Notes under the pieces: generated by a model
The model's input: the letters and a program-made list of their open reading frames with translations, nothing else
What the model was told of the DNA's origin: nothing
The model's database searches: none
Part shown: positions 31,036 to 42,213 of the stretch, one piece after another
Layout of the letters: every line of letters begins with the position of its first letter
Numbering within the stretch: the first letter of the stretch is position 1
Translations under genes and position numbers: made by a program
IMG/VR virus record: IMGVR_UViG_3300028864_000019
Location: 32,001 to 96,000 of that record
Reading direction: 5' to 3' (one strand)
Source: a virus
Length of the DNA stretch: 64,000 bases

Positions 31036-32081
31036 ACTAAAAGAGTTCCATCTTCTAAACTACCACATGATTTTTGATGACTTAAACAACATTGACTTAT
31101 ACCACTTCTATCACAATTATAAAACTCTGAGGCTTCTCCTATACTGTTAAATTCTTTATTAGTTGTAATACATTTTACTTTCTTTTTTCTTTTTATACTT
31201 TGTAATTCAAGTGCCTTTTCTTTTGAATTCGCTTCATATATTTTTAAGTTTATATCAGCTTGTGTCATTTTTATAAAATCACTATATCTCACCCAAATAC
31301 AAGGTTTATTATTCAGCATTCCTGCATATCTTTGTTTATTATCACAACATTTTAATATTGTACCTATACTTATATTTTTTATATCTTTTTCATTATTAAT
31401 TATATCTGATGGTCTATCATATATAATTTTTGTTTCAATATTTACAATTCTTTTATCATTAATTGAACATTCCAATTCATATATTTTATCTTTTATCTTT
31501 TCAATATCTTCATTAGTTAATTTAGAATATTCTGATTCGTATATAAAATACATTTTTATACCTTTACCTTGTACTATATAAGCATTATTCATTGCCTTAT
31601 ATATACTCTTATAACTAGTATTGTAATATATTTTTGCAGTCTCTATAAGTTCAAAATGCTTATTATCTATCACATTAACTATTTGTTTTGCATTGGGATT
31701 TTTATTTCCATCAAATACTCCTTGTTTCAATTCTGACATTCTTTTTCTAGTTTCTTCATTTTGTACACCGTTATGTCCACCATCATCATTATTATAACCA
31801 TATAATCTATTATTGCTCTTATATAATACTATGTAGGATTTTTCTTTAATATCTAATTCATCTTTACTAAAAGCATAATCAATAATATCTAATTTAAAAT
31901 TATCTACTCCATATTTTTTAGCAGAATCCTTTAAATGCTTATTCTTTGAATATATCCACCATTCTCCTGCTGGATATCTCCTATTAAACTTATTTTTAGT
32001 TTGTCCAATATAAACTTTTTTATTAATTTGGTTTGTAATTCTATATATGATACCATATATTTTTAAATTACCTATTTTCAT
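31020..32081 (-). CDS. GIY-YIG homing endonuclease (NUMOD3/NUMOD1 repeats)
   Basis: GIIYRITNQINKKVYIGQT, ELDIKEKSYI, GYNNDDGG, EETRKRMS, FNSIGEASEFY. Confidence 0.92.
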   Translation of the reverse strand: MKIGNLKIYGIIYRITNQINKKVYIGQTKNKFNRRYPAGEWWIYSKNKHLKDSAKKYGVDNFKLDIIDYAFSKDELDIKEKSYIVLYKSNNRLYGYNNDDGGHNGVQNEETRKRMSELKQGVFDGNKNPNAKQIVNVIDNKHFELIETAKIYYNTSYKSIYKAMNNAYIVQGKGIKMYFIYESEYSKLTNEDIEKIKDKIYELECSINDKRIVNIETKIIYDRPSDIINNEKDIKNISIGTILKCCDNKQRYAGMLNNKPCIWVRYSDFIKMTQADINLKIYEANSKEKALELQSIKRKKKVKCITTNKEFNSIGEASEFYNCDRSGISQCCLSHQKSCGSLEDGTLLVWEYC

Positions 32082-32187
32082 GATGCATCAACCTTCCTTT
32101 TTTAATTTATTATCAACCTATTTAATATATAAGGGAAAACGTAGGTTGAAACGTCTTTCATTCAATTGATCAGATTGAACTATCCCT
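32082..32187 (-). ncRNA. Structured 5' leader (three-way junction plus pseudoknot) of the GIY-YIG gene
   Basis: Covaries with the copy at 42627..42737; see findings. Confidence 0.7.
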
Positions 32188-32480
32188 CTTATATAATACA
32201 ACATAGCTTTCTATTTTGGGTACTTTTTTATAATTTTTTAATTTATTTTTACTTGAAAACGTCAATCTATTAGATACTAATAAATGAAAGTTTCGCTATT
32301 TATTAGTATCTATAAATTTGACTGTTTGTTTTTATAGATACTAATAAATCAAAGTCTTACCATAGCGTCAATACTAATACGCCAGTATAGTGTAGTAATA
32401 TAACTAAATAACAATATAATCCATCAGTAATAAAATCCATAAGAAGATGAATTTACAGTTTCGCTAAAGCTCAACCCCTG

Positions 32481-33407
32481 CTACGCCTTTTCGTTTGGTT
32501 TCTTTTCTTCTTTTTCTTTTGTTAGTTCTTCATATTGTTCTGTTAGTAGCTTTATATTTTCAATATCAATTATGTTTGCTTGTCCTTCTTCTTGTCTTTT
32601 CTTTAGATATTTTAATTTGTTTGTAATTGACCTTTTTAAGTTACTCTTATCTTTGTTTCTTTGATTTACTTTTATAAATCCTTTTTTGATTCTTTCAATA
32701 TTTAATCTTTGTAATAGTAGATCTTCATTTCCTGTTCTAGTATAAAACATATTGCCATTCTTAATTTGTCCTTTTGAAGTCTCTTTAAATCCTGCATAAT
32801 CAAATACAAATATGTTTAAATCTCTAAGTATATTTATGTATTTTAAAGCTGTCTTTTCTGTTATTTCAGACATCTCAGCTATTTTAATTATACTTGGAAA
32901 TCCTAATAAATAATCTTCAGCTTGTACATTGTTATTAAAGGTACTGCATATGTATATGTAAGTTTTGATTAATGAATATGTATCAATTTTGTTTTTATTA
33001 CTATAATTTATTAATAACTCAATTTCACTATCTAGTATCATTGTAAAACCACTATCACCTATTTCATTAAATAACTCTGCAAAGATTAAGTCATTTTTGT
33101 TATAATCAATTATACTTTCTATAGTATCTTTGTCTTTTAAATATATATTATTGTAGTAAACTAATATTTCATCATTATAAAATGTTTGTAATATAGTTCT
33201 TATTTCCTTTTTGCCATATGTATTATTAGATTTTATTTGTAAAGATTTATATAACCATTCTAAATTAAAAATGCATGTGTCCTTTGAGTTCCTAGACATA
33301 TATAATAATGTTAAAACCGTTAATTCTTTAGGATCAAGCTCCTTATCATCTTTAATTAAATTATTAGGTATTCTTGTAAATTTTCCTTGTAGTTGTCTTT
33401 CTTCCAT
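32481..33407 (-). CDS. Winged-helix replication-initiator-like protein
   Basis: FTRIPN N-terminus; GFPSIIKIAEMSEITEKTALKYINILRDLNI HTH; paralogue of 48708..49739. Confidence 0.6.
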   Translation of the reverse strand: MEERQLQGKFTRIPNNLIKDDKELDPKELTVLTLLYMSRNSKDTCIFNLEWLYKSLQIKSNNTYGKKEIRTILQTFYNDEILVYYNNIYLKDKDTIESIIDYNKNDLIFAELFNEIGDSGFTMILDSEIELLINYSNKNKIDTYSLIKTYIYICSTFNNNVQAEDYLLGFPSIIKIAEMSEITEKTALKYINILRDLNIFVFDYAGFKETSKGQIKNGNMFYTRTGNEDLLLQRLNIERIKKGFIKVNQRNKDKSNLKRSITNKLKYLKKRQEEGQANIIDIENIKLLTEQYEELTKEKEEKKPNEKA

Positions 33408-33453
33408 ATATTTTTATATCTCCTTTTGCTTTTTGATTATTTGATTTATGTAA

Positions 33454-33651
33454 TTATTTTTCTAATCCTTTATATTGACTCATGGCTTCAGTAAGTTCTG
33501 GCGTATTTTTGAATAACCATACAACTTTTTTAGGTTCGAATATATTGGGTAAAGTATCAACTATTTCAAAACCCTTATCAGTTAAAAATTTAGTCATTGC
33601 TATAGTTCTAATTACATAATTCTCTTTATTGTTATTATTTACTTTATTCAT
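33454..33651 (-). CDS. DUF5659-like small protein
   Basis: YVIRTIAMTKFLTDKGFEI...PN...PKKVVWLFKNTPEL. Confidence 0.65.
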   Translation of the reverse strand: MNKVNNNNKENYVIRTIAMTKFLTDKGFEIVDTLPNIFEPKKVVWLFKNTPELTEAMSQYKGLEK

Positions 33652-33968
33652 AATACTTCATTCCTTCTTTTATATATTCTTTATCCTCTCTTATTCTGTA
33701 TTAATTTATCATTCATTCAGCATCTTATCAGCAACCTTTCAATGTTATTTATACTTATCATATATAATACAAAAGTTTTCTGTGATTTGGGTACTTTTTA
33801 TATATTAATTTATTGAGTTACTATCATTTGTTTATAGATTACTTAAAAAGTAGTCACTTCTCCCTTCAACTTTTATTGTACTACTAAAGGATTATATTGT
33901 CAAGCTTGCTTTAATTTGTTATATATTATTATAAAGCTAAATAAAAAGACCAACTATAAAAGCTGATC

Positions 33969-34691
33969 TTAATTATATAGATTTTGATTTATAGATACAT
34001 GAGAATGAAGTATACCTTCTTGACCATAATTACTTATAGAACCTTTTGCAATTACTTCAGTTTCAAAAGTATTTGTTCCATCATTATATTCATTACCTTG
34101 TTTTGCCATCTCATAATGTACAAGTTCATGAATTAAAACTTTTTCCGCTTTAATTTGATTTAAGTTACCTGATAAATCTGAATCTATAATAATTTGTATT
34201 GGTTTATTGTCTATTGTAAAAGTTGTTAATCCATTTATTTTCATATTAGAATCTGAGCTATTATATACCTTATTGAATACAATTGGAATGTTTAAAGTAT
34301 CATTATAATTATCTTTTAGGAATTGTTGAGCGTATTGTGTTAATTCTGCGTCAGTTTGTAAGCTATTAGTATATGTAGTTCCGTCTGTTCCTAAGTTATA
34401 TAGTTCTCTAAAATTTATAGCTGATCGCATTTGAATGATTTCATTATCTTTTAGTGTGATTGTAGCTTTATCATTTACTTGCCATCCGTCAGAACCTTCT
34501 TCATTTTCCATTAGATAAGTTTTATTATTGTCTGATTGGATTGTTACTGTTGAGTCTGTTACGCTTGTTATAGTTGCATTATGATTCTCTATTGTAGTTG
34601 CTTGGACTAATTGAGTTGGTGATATGATTATTAATAGTGTAATAACTCCTGTAAATATAGTTGCTTTTATTAGAGTTGATATTGATTTCAT
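33969..34691 (-). CDS. Secreted SprT-like zinc metallopeptidase
   Basis: N-terminal signal peptide ending VQA; VLIHELVHY (HExxH). Confidence 0.7.
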   Translation of the reverse strand: MKSISTLIKATIFTGVITLLIIISPTQLVQATTIENHNATITSVTDSTVTIQSDNNKTYLMENEEGSDGWQVNDKATITLKDNEIIQMRSAINFRELYNLGTDGTTYTNSLQTDAELTQYAQQFLKDNYNDTLNIPIVFNKVYNSSDSNMKINGLTTFTIDNKPIQIIIDSDLSGNLNQIKAEKVLIHELVHYEMAKQGNEYNDGTNTFETEVIAKGSISNYGQEGILHSHVSINQNLYN

Positions 34692-35372
34692 TATGATTAC
34701 TCCCCTTTATTTATATATTAATTTGTTATATTTATTATTATACTCTCATTATATGCGTTAATCAAATAAATTATAAAATAAATATATACATATATAATGA
34801 AGAGATTCTTTAAGTGTTGGTTATTAAGTGATCCAATATAGATTGTTAGCATTGTATTATTTATGTTATTAGTTCCATTACAAGGTAGTATATAAGGATT
34901 ATATGAGGTTCTATTGATTAAGTTATACAATTGTACTGTTATCTAGTTAATTGTTATATAGCCTTTATATATGTACATCTTATTAATGTTATTAGTACAA
35001 TTGGATCTGCTTTATAATGTATACTATTGTTATTGGTATAATAGTATTGTTTGTAATAAGTTATAATAAAGTTGTGCTTCATATTGACGTTGTATGAGGT
35101 CTTAGAGTTGTTAGTAATGTAATTGGTTGTCTTGATAGCTAAGTGTTGTATAAGGTTGTTAAGTTAGTTATAATAGATTTGTTATATTGTAGTGTTATTG
35201 TATCATTTATTACTGGTATTAGTGTATTGAGTTCATATAGTGTTTGATTATAATTATATGTTAGTGTTTGCTTTTATTATGATATACTATATAAATATAT
35301 GTGTTATACTAATTATGTATTGTGATATACTATATAGAAGAGTATTTATATTGTACTATTGTGTTAATACAA

Positions 35373-35565
35373 TGTGTATAAGTCTATCTATATTGTGGAT
35401 AACTATTTTAATTTGTTATACTTATATTGTATTGGCATTATCGGTTACCTGTTATTATGCTTAATTATGTGCTATTATAAAGGTTATTTGTATAATGTTA
35501 GTTATATTGGTTGTGGATAAGTCTGTTGATAACTTGTTCTTTATATGTTGATAACCTGTGTATAA
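35373..35565 (-). promoter_or_regulatory. Cluster of co-oriented DnaA boxes
   Basis: TGTGGATAA at 35394 and 35512, TGTGTATAA at 35373 and 35557, TGTTGATAA at 35524 and 35546 (reverse complement of TTATNCACA, or one mismatch). Confidence 0.7.
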
Positions 35566-36896
35566 GTTTAGTTAGTATAATATTGATTATAAGTGTTGCA
35601 ATCATCGACAACATTTGTCCACGATTATTCAAGTCAACTTCAAAACAATCAATCGTATTTTTAAATTGTATTCAATCAAACTGTCTCTTACTATCTATTC
35701 AGCTTATACTGGTCAAGTGATCCAATGTCACCTATTTAAGTTAAGATAAAAGCAACATTTTAACAATAGATGATATAAGTTATCAATTAAATAGTGTTCG
35801 TATCTGTTCAAATTATTCAACTAAATATGTATTTAATGGAATTGTTGTTGAAGTGTTGGTATGACTTGTCTGTAGGGTTTTATGTTGTGAATTAGTGGTT
35901 ATTTAATGTGGTTGATAATGGTTATTAATGTTTGGTTATTTGTTTTAATACATAGTATTCCTATAGGGGCGGTGCATTTACATTGTTATGTTCATTATCT
36001 GAACGCAATAGTCGGACATCACATATATCGGCATACCAACTTTGGAGTGTAGCGATTGGTAAAACACGAACGTTAATCAAAATGTGTATCGGTTGTGCTT
36101 TCGTTCAGCCTTGTTATACCAATACTTTAACTTATTTTTAAGTCATATATTTTACCATATTTACTACCCAATAACCCTCAAACCCACTAATACCAACCAC
36201 TCACACGAACTCCACTCTATAACAGTTATATAGCACACATCGTAAAATAAATTCAAACAACCTCAACCTGTTACTATCACTACTCTAACACCAATTATTC
36301 ACACCCTATTAAAACCCCGTCACGACAACTCCCTATCGTTAATTAAAATTCAAAAGATAATTAAAAAACAATTCAAAATAAAAAAGAGCCTACAGAAAAA
36401 TATTCTGCAAACTCAATTTGCTAATTATTTAATTATTAATATAAACTCAAAATATCAAAATCAACTACAACCACTCTCTCACAAATTCTAAACCCTATCT
36501 ACACTTATACCTAAAATAATCTATACCCTACTTACAATCCATCTCTAAGCTTGTCTAAATTACAAATCTATAAAAATAAATATACCAATCAAATAATTAA
36601 TTCAGCAAACAAAAAAGAGACTGCTCTAAATTAATTAAAATTCAAAACAGTCCCAATTGGAATAGAATGTTTACACAACTACATTATATCATTTTGTCTA
36701 TATCTTAACAACATCCTATATAGGATAAGGGAGGGGGTATATTTTTAAATCCAGAATCTAAGTACCTAATATATAATACCCTACCCTATATAAAATTGGA
36801 CATAAAAATAAGACCATACTAATTAAATATGATCTCAACTTAAATACTAAAAGCCAATACATTATTACTCCTACTATATAATCTACCAACCAATAA

Positions 36897-37202
36897 TCAA
36901 ATCCTAGCAATTTCAATATAACTTTTCATTAACTCCTTAACATCAGTATCACTAAGCCTATTTACAATATCAACTGTAATATCATTGAATTGGTTTACCT
37001 CATTACTCATAAAAATTAAAACCAATACTTGTACTAAAAACATTAATTCTAATCCAACTATACCAATTAGATTCTTATTTGTTATTATCTTAATTAAACT
37101 ATTATTCATTTTATTGCTATGTTCTTTTCTTATTTCCTTTAATGTAATTTCACCTGATTTATATTTATTGTATTGGGCTATTGTCATTGTTGTTGTTTTC
37201 AT
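36897..37202 (-). CDS. small membrane protein
   Basis: One TM segment; GGAGAG RBS. Confidence 0.65.
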   Translation of the reverse strand: MKTTTMTIAQYNKYKSGEITLKEIRKEHSNKMNNSLIKIITNKNLIGIVGLELMFLVQVLVLIFMSNEVNQFNDITVDIVNRLSDTDVKELMKSYIEIARI

Positions 37203-37325
37203 ATTAATATTCTCTCCATTACTTTATTATAGTATATACTATGAGTCAAACTTTTAATTTGTGCTATATTGTTAAATTAAATTTCTAGTATCTAAATCTC
37301 ATAATAATATAGTATTAAATAACTT

Positions 37326-37646
37326 TTAACTTTCGTTTGTAATAAAGTATTCATTACTACTTTCCTTAACTAATACTATCTTAGATTTAGTTCTTTCTGT
37401 TAATAAAAAATATCCTTCTAAAATGCACACCTTATCATAGATTAATATTTGATACCAGTCTATCTTTTCCATAAGTAACCTAATAACTTGAACCTTATCA
37501 TAATTATTAAAATCTTCTATATTTATGTTCTTTAATGTAAATTTAAAATCTCCAATAGTAAATTCAATATTTGTATAAAAAGATACACCTTCTTGTATCT
37601 CTTCATCTGTCATTTCTTTTATTGATTTAGTTTGTCCTTTCGCCAT
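37326..37646 (-). CDS. hypothetical protein
   Basis: 106-aa ORF. Confidence 0.6.
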   Translation of the reverse strand: MAKGQTKSIKEMTDEEIQEGVSFYTNIEFTIGDFKFTLKNINIEDFNNYDKVQVIRLLMEKIDWYQILIYDKVCILEGYFLLTERTKSKIVLVKESSNEYFITNES

Positions 37647-37711
37647 ATATAATACAACTCTTTATATAATTAATTACTATATAGTATATGCAATAGTATA
37701 CTTAAAGTTTC

Positions 37712-38122
37712 TTAAAATAACCTTAACGCCATATCAAAAACACAAATAACTAATAATACCCATCCAACAATCTCAATTGCTTTATCAAAGATTCCACCTG
37801 TTAAGAATAATCTCAATCCATATCTCTTATTTTTTAATGGCATAAATAATGGTATTCCACTTCTAGTCATGCTATCCAATACTAAATGACTTGAATAGGA
37901 CACAAACCAAATTAAGGCAATTTCTTTGCTAAATATATTTATAATTAATGTTGTAAATAACAAAAATATCAAACTATGTGTAAATGTTCTATGGAATGTC
38001 ATACCAAGTTTACAATCCAAATCTGGAGCAATTGAACCAAAAATTCCCAATAACCCTAATGGACTTGCCAGCATGGGAATACTTACCAATGTACCTATAA
38101 CTAAATGTGTTTTCTTTGTCAT
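37712..38122 (-). CDS. YdjM-family membrane metal-dependent hydrolase
   Basis: MTKKTH..G, GSIAPDLD, HRTFTHSL, SHLVLDSMTRSGIPLFMP. Confidence 0.9.
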   Translation of the reverse strand: MTKKTHLVIGTLVSIPMLASPLGLLGIFGSIAPDLDCKLGMTFHRTFTHSLIFLLFTTLIINIFSKEIALIWFVSYSSHLVLDSMTRSGIPLFMPLKNKRYGLRLFLTGGIFDKAIEIVGWVLLVICVFDMALRLF

Positions 38123-38612
38123 CGTAAAATCACGCTCCTTTTGTCGCTACGCAAGCCATGCCACTCCTACCCTTCCTATCGCTTAGGCTTTTTATTAGGT
38201 TAAATAGGGCTTTATACTTGTACTATTTGTCTAGTTATACTTTATGTCCTATAGTCTATATTTCCGTATCTATCGTATTACTGTACCTTATATCGTAGTT
38301 TACTATATAAAGCTTATTGTATTATTTCTTATCTTCTATATAGTATTCTCTATTTTACTTAAAACTATACTATGTATTTAAATTTAAACGCAAAAAATAA
38401 GACCATAACTTAATATGATCTTAATAATTTAAGTATTATATAATTTAAAATAGTACCTGACTAAACAACAATGCATAGTATTATAATTAATATTGTAAAT
38501 AATAAATGTGCTATTGTTTACATATCTAGTTTTCTTTCTATTTTATAGATTACAAGCATCATAAATTACTTTTTTAAGTTTATACGTATAATTTTCCTAT
38601 CTCTTAAAACTA

Positions 38613-38837
38613 TTAACTTGCAAAACTAGCTAACCATTTTATAAAACTACCAACCCAACCTTCACTTATACTGAAGCTAACACTATTTAACCATGTAAAA
38701 AGGTATATTCCTGTTCCAACCCAACCACATAACACCATTAATTCTCCAAATTCTTTTTTACCCATACATTTAAATATTTTAGATGATATAAAACTAGCTG
38801 ATCCAACTACTATGACATTTGATATCATATTAAACAT
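38613..38837 (-). CDS. SpoIIIAC/AD-like small membrane protein
   Basis: VG...ISSKIFKCMGKKEFGELMVLCG pattern (two TM segments around GK.E). Confidence 0.5.
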   Translation of the reverse strand: MFNMISNVIVVGSASFISSKIFKCMGKKEFGELMVLCGWVGTGIYLFTWLNSVSFSISEGWVGSFIKWLASFAS

Positions 38838-38845
38838 ATTATCAC

Positions 38846-39052
38846 CTATCCTATATGTGAAATTACTTGAATTAATTTTACTACTCCAGCAATTGCACTT
38901 ATAGCTATTTGACTATACCCTGCAATGCTTACATATTGTCCCATTTCTGTTTTCCCTAAATTGTTTAATATTTTTTCTCCTACTATTGAAGCTACTCCTA
39001 AAGATGTTAAACCTGCTATTACTACTGCGTTCATATTATATCTCTCCCTCAT
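38846..39052 (-). CDS. SpoIIIAC/AD-like small membrane protein
   Basis: LGVASIVGEKILNNLGKTEMGQYVSIAG resembles the SpoIIIAC pattern xLxxAG(K/R)EExAxxVTLAG. Confidence 0.55.
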   Translation of the reverse strand: MRERYNMNAVVIAGLTSLGVASIVGEKILNNLGKTEMGQYVSIAGYSQIAISAIAGVVKLIQVISHIG

Positions 39053-39344
39053 TATTATTTATTATTTAATACAATTCTATTATTTTTCTGTCATAATCTA
39101 CCTCATAAGATTCCACACTATATAAATCATAAATTACTTCTTCCATATCTTGTTCAGTGTTTATTTTAAAATCATTACATTCATTATAATATTCTCTATA
39201 GTCTTTTATAAAATTTTTAAAAGCAATTGTTTTCATATTTATTTCACCTCACATGTATATTATCTAAATTTAAGGTAATACTATTTATCATAAGGGATAC
39301 AAGAATTTGAATATCATCAGTTTTCAAATTCTTGTATATGAACA

Positions 39345-39689
39345 TTATTTTACGTTGGCTTTTGGAAATTGAATCACATTAGATTTAGCCTTGGACTGAG
39401 ATTGGGACTTTTTAGTTTTAGTCTCAGTTTTTGCTTTAACTTTTTTAGGTTGCTCAATTTCTTTATAATTTGCACACATGTTCTTGACAACTTTCCTAAG
39501 TTGAATTGTTACAAAATGAGTAACTTTATATGCAGTTTTAAATGTTCCTATAATTAATCTTCTTACGCTTCTTGGTACAAGTAATAATGCTACATTGACA
39601 AGAACCATCATTAATATTAATTGACCTAGTGAGTTTATTATGTATTTCATAAGAAATACCTCCTTCTTAAAGTTTATTTCATATCTCAA
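39345..39689 (-). CDS. membrane-anchored basic protein
   Basis: N-terminal TM segment, Lys-rich tail ending NVIQFP; likely start MKYIIN after AGGAGG. Confidence 0.65.
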   Translation of the reverse strand: MRYEINFKKEVFLMKYIINSLGQLILMMVLVNVALLLVPRSVRRLIIGTFKTAYKVTHFVTIQLRKVVKNMCANYKEIEQPKKVKAKTETKTKKSQSQSKAKSNVIQFPKANVK

Positions 39690-40032
39690 AAAGTGAGATA
39701 GCTTATCGTAAGTTTACTGAAATTGATTTGCTAATTACCAATAACTTATAATATAAATATCATTACAATGATTCATCTAGTATATAGTCAACTATTTATA
39801 CTGAATACCAATTAAGATTAAGTATTCAAACTTGACTTTCATTGCATATCTAGTATAAATAATCAAGCCATATACTAGATAAATATTGTAGTGATACCAT
39901 ATCATAAGTCTAGTAATTACATATCAATTCTTAAACTTATGATATATATCTATCTTTTGAAATTAGAATAATCTTATTCAGAATATTCTTTCTTTTGTGA
40001 TATGTATTCCTCCTTCAAGGAGGGGTATTTTA

Positions 40033-40659
40033 TTAATAGCATAATACTTTTGCTATATCTTCCATATTCACATCTAATTGAGTTATTTTAAATTGAGTAT
40101 CATTTTCTGCTTCATAATCTTTATTTGTATTTTGGATTATTATAAGTCGTGGCATTGTTAGTTCTTCTTCCCCTGTTTCTTCGTTTATTGCCCTTGTTTT
40201 ATCCAATATGGCATTTATAGTATCGTTATCTTTAAATCGTTTTAAATCTATATAATCATGTCTAATTTGCATTTCTACAATTTGATAATACATGTTTCCA
40301 TCAAATTTAAAAGATACATATAGATCTGGTTTAATATTATTAAATACAGGTTCTATCTCTATTTCTTGAATATCACATCCTAAAGTTTTCAATCCACACA
40401 AATATTCTAAAACTTTTATATTATGAATAGATACTCTTTTTATTTTAGAATCATATGGTACATAAACGAGTTCGTTGGTTTCTTGATTTTTAAAAACTCT
40501 GATATATTCTCCCATTTCAGCAATCTTTTTAAGTCTCTTTCTTGCAACATCATATGCATAACGTTTTTTTGTAAAATACATATCTGCTATATTTTTTATT
40601 GTTGCGTAGCCAATAGTCTCTATAAAATCTATTATCAGTTTATCTCTTTCAACTATCAT
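40033..40659 (-). CDS. Replication-relaxation (Replic_Relax)-like protein
   Basis: ERDKLIIDFI...ARKRLKKI wHTH, H...., IKPDLYV...IVEMQ nuclease-like motif; coupled to FtsK. Confidence 0.65.
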   Translation of the reverse strand: MIVERDKLIIDFIETIGYATIKNIADMYFTKKRYAYDVARKRLKKIAEMGEYIRVFKNQETNELVYVPYDSKIKRVSIHNIKVLEYLCGLKTLGCDIQEIEIEPVFNNIKPDLYVSFKFDGNMYYQIVEMQIRHDYIDLKRFKDNDTINAILDKTRAINEETGEEELTMPRLIIIQNTNKDYEAENDTQFKITQLDVNMEDIAKVLCY

Positions 40660-42146
40660 AATTTTCTTTTCCCTTCATTAATTGATTTTTTAGTATTACT
40701 AGGTAATTTAGTCTTATCAATAATAGTCATTCCTGTATAATTATCATAAGGAACACAATTAGGTATCTTAGACATGCCTTCTTCTAGCATTTCCTTTTCT
40801 GTTTTAATACGAGTGCCTACTTCTACTAACTTTCTCTTTCCTTGTTTAACTCCATCCCTATGTTGTAATTTCTCTAAGTCATCAAACAATGTTCTGTGAT
40901 TAGGTTTAATAAAAGGTTTTATATATTCATATATTTTTTTATTATCAACTATTGGAACTAATCCGTATTCCCATGAATCCAAATGATAAACTATTTCTCT
41001 TCTCTTTAAATCTAACGCCCTTTTGCTATCATCTGTGGCTATTTCACTTGACTTCTGATTTGCCTGTCTATATGATATATTTATATTTGACATTGCTTTT
41101 ATGAAGCTAGGGATATTATCAACTGTACTTCTTTGTACACTACTATAAAGAAAGACTGAAAGTGAAGCCCCGTATTGTGCAATGGATTCGATATATCCAC
41201 TTATTTCTTCTTTAAGTTTCTTTTCATCACTACCATTACCTTTTGTTTGAAAAAGTGCCATCATTTCATCAAAAGCAATCAGTATCATAGGTTCTTTTGT
41301 AAAAACCTTCTTTAACTCATTATATTCAAAGATATTATCAACTATTGCTTTTTTCCTATAAGGTTTTATTTTTGAAATTCTATCAGGTATAATTACTTCT
41401 TTTATATATTTCAATACGTCTCTTGTTTTCTCTAAAGTATCTGCAAAAGCTTTAGTATGAATTACATCCTCATATAGGCAGAGATCATTTTTTGCCACTT
41501 GACACAAGTACAATTGTAAATCTTCTGGACTACAATTTACTATTAAATTAGTTATCGTACAATCTTCTCCTTTTGATTTTCCGCTTCTTGTAGTTCCTGA
41601 TACTAATAGATGTGGATTTTTTCTCAAATCTCCAAATATAGCATTTCCAGCAAAATCATTGCATATAAATAGCTTATAAGGACTTTTCTCTTTAATAATT
41701 TCAAATCCCTTTTTGTCATTTTGATTAAATATAAACTTAGCATTTATCCATTTACTAGCCTTTGAATGATTAAATATAATACAACAACCTAAATTCTCTT
41801 CTATCATATCTCTTTGAGAGTCTAATTTATCAAATGTTAAAGGTGGAACTATATATATCTGTCCAGATAAACCGTAGGGTGTGAATTTGATTTTATTAAG
41901 AGCATAAGTAAAATACATTTTGTTATAAAGCCCTGATAAAGTCATAATATCTAACCATGTATTTTTAAATTTATTTATAACCGAAGATTTTTTAGATTCT
42001 TTTATTTCTTCTTTTTCCATTATTGCTATACATATTTTTTTGATTTGTTGTTCTAGTCGCCCTTGGCATTCTTTTTCTTCAGTGTTATCAGGTATTGTTT
42101 TAGGTTCTTTTACTTCTTCTTTTATTTCTTGTTTTAATAATTGCAT
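40656..42146 (-). CDS. FtsK/SpoIIIE-domain ATPase
   Basis: PHLLVSGTTRSGKS (Walker A), LIAFDE (Walker B), SVQR. Confidence 0.9.
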   Translation of the reverse strand: MQLLKQEIKEEVKEPKTIPDNTEEKECQGRLEQQIKKICIAIMEKEEIKESKKSSVINKFKNTWLDIMTLSGLYNKMYFTYALNKIKFTPYGLSGQIYIVPPLTFDKLDSQRDMIEENLGCCIIFNHSKASKWINAKFIFNQNDKKGFEIIKEKSPYKLFICNDFAGNAIFGDLRKNPHLLVSGTTRSGKSKGEDCTITNLIVNCSPEDLQLYLCQVAKNDLCLYEDVIHTKAFADTLEKTRDVLKYIKEVIIPDRISKIKPYRKKAIVDNIFEYNELKKVFTKEPMILIAFDEMMALFQTKGNGSDEKKLKEEISGYIESIAQYGASLSVFLYSSVQRSTVDNIPSFIKAMSNINISYRQANQKSSEIATDDSKRALDLKRREIVYHLDSWEYGLVPIVDNKKIYEYIKPFIKPNHRTLFDDLEKLQHRDGVKQGKRKLVEVGTRIKTEKEMLEEGMSKIPNCVPYDNYTGMTIIDKTKLPSNTKKSINEGKRKL

Positions 42147-42213
42147 ATCGTTTCCTCCTTTCTTTTAATATATACTATGATATTTCTTATTGATGTGTTA
42201 CAACTTTTTTATT

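Noticed and set aside
32160-32187. CTGATCA as a hammerhead core
   Set aside because: It is a closed hairpin loop, differs from CUGANGA, and has no matching GAAA/stem III.
31020-32187. Group I intron around the homing endonuclease genes
   Set aside because: No P7 or other core elements and no clearly split host gene recognised; the genes have their own promoters and appear free-standing.
34718-35720. Short ORFs 34718..34930, 35240..35464, 35511..35720
   Set aside because: Low-complexity translations of the skewed non-coding region and DnaA-box cluster; no RBS.
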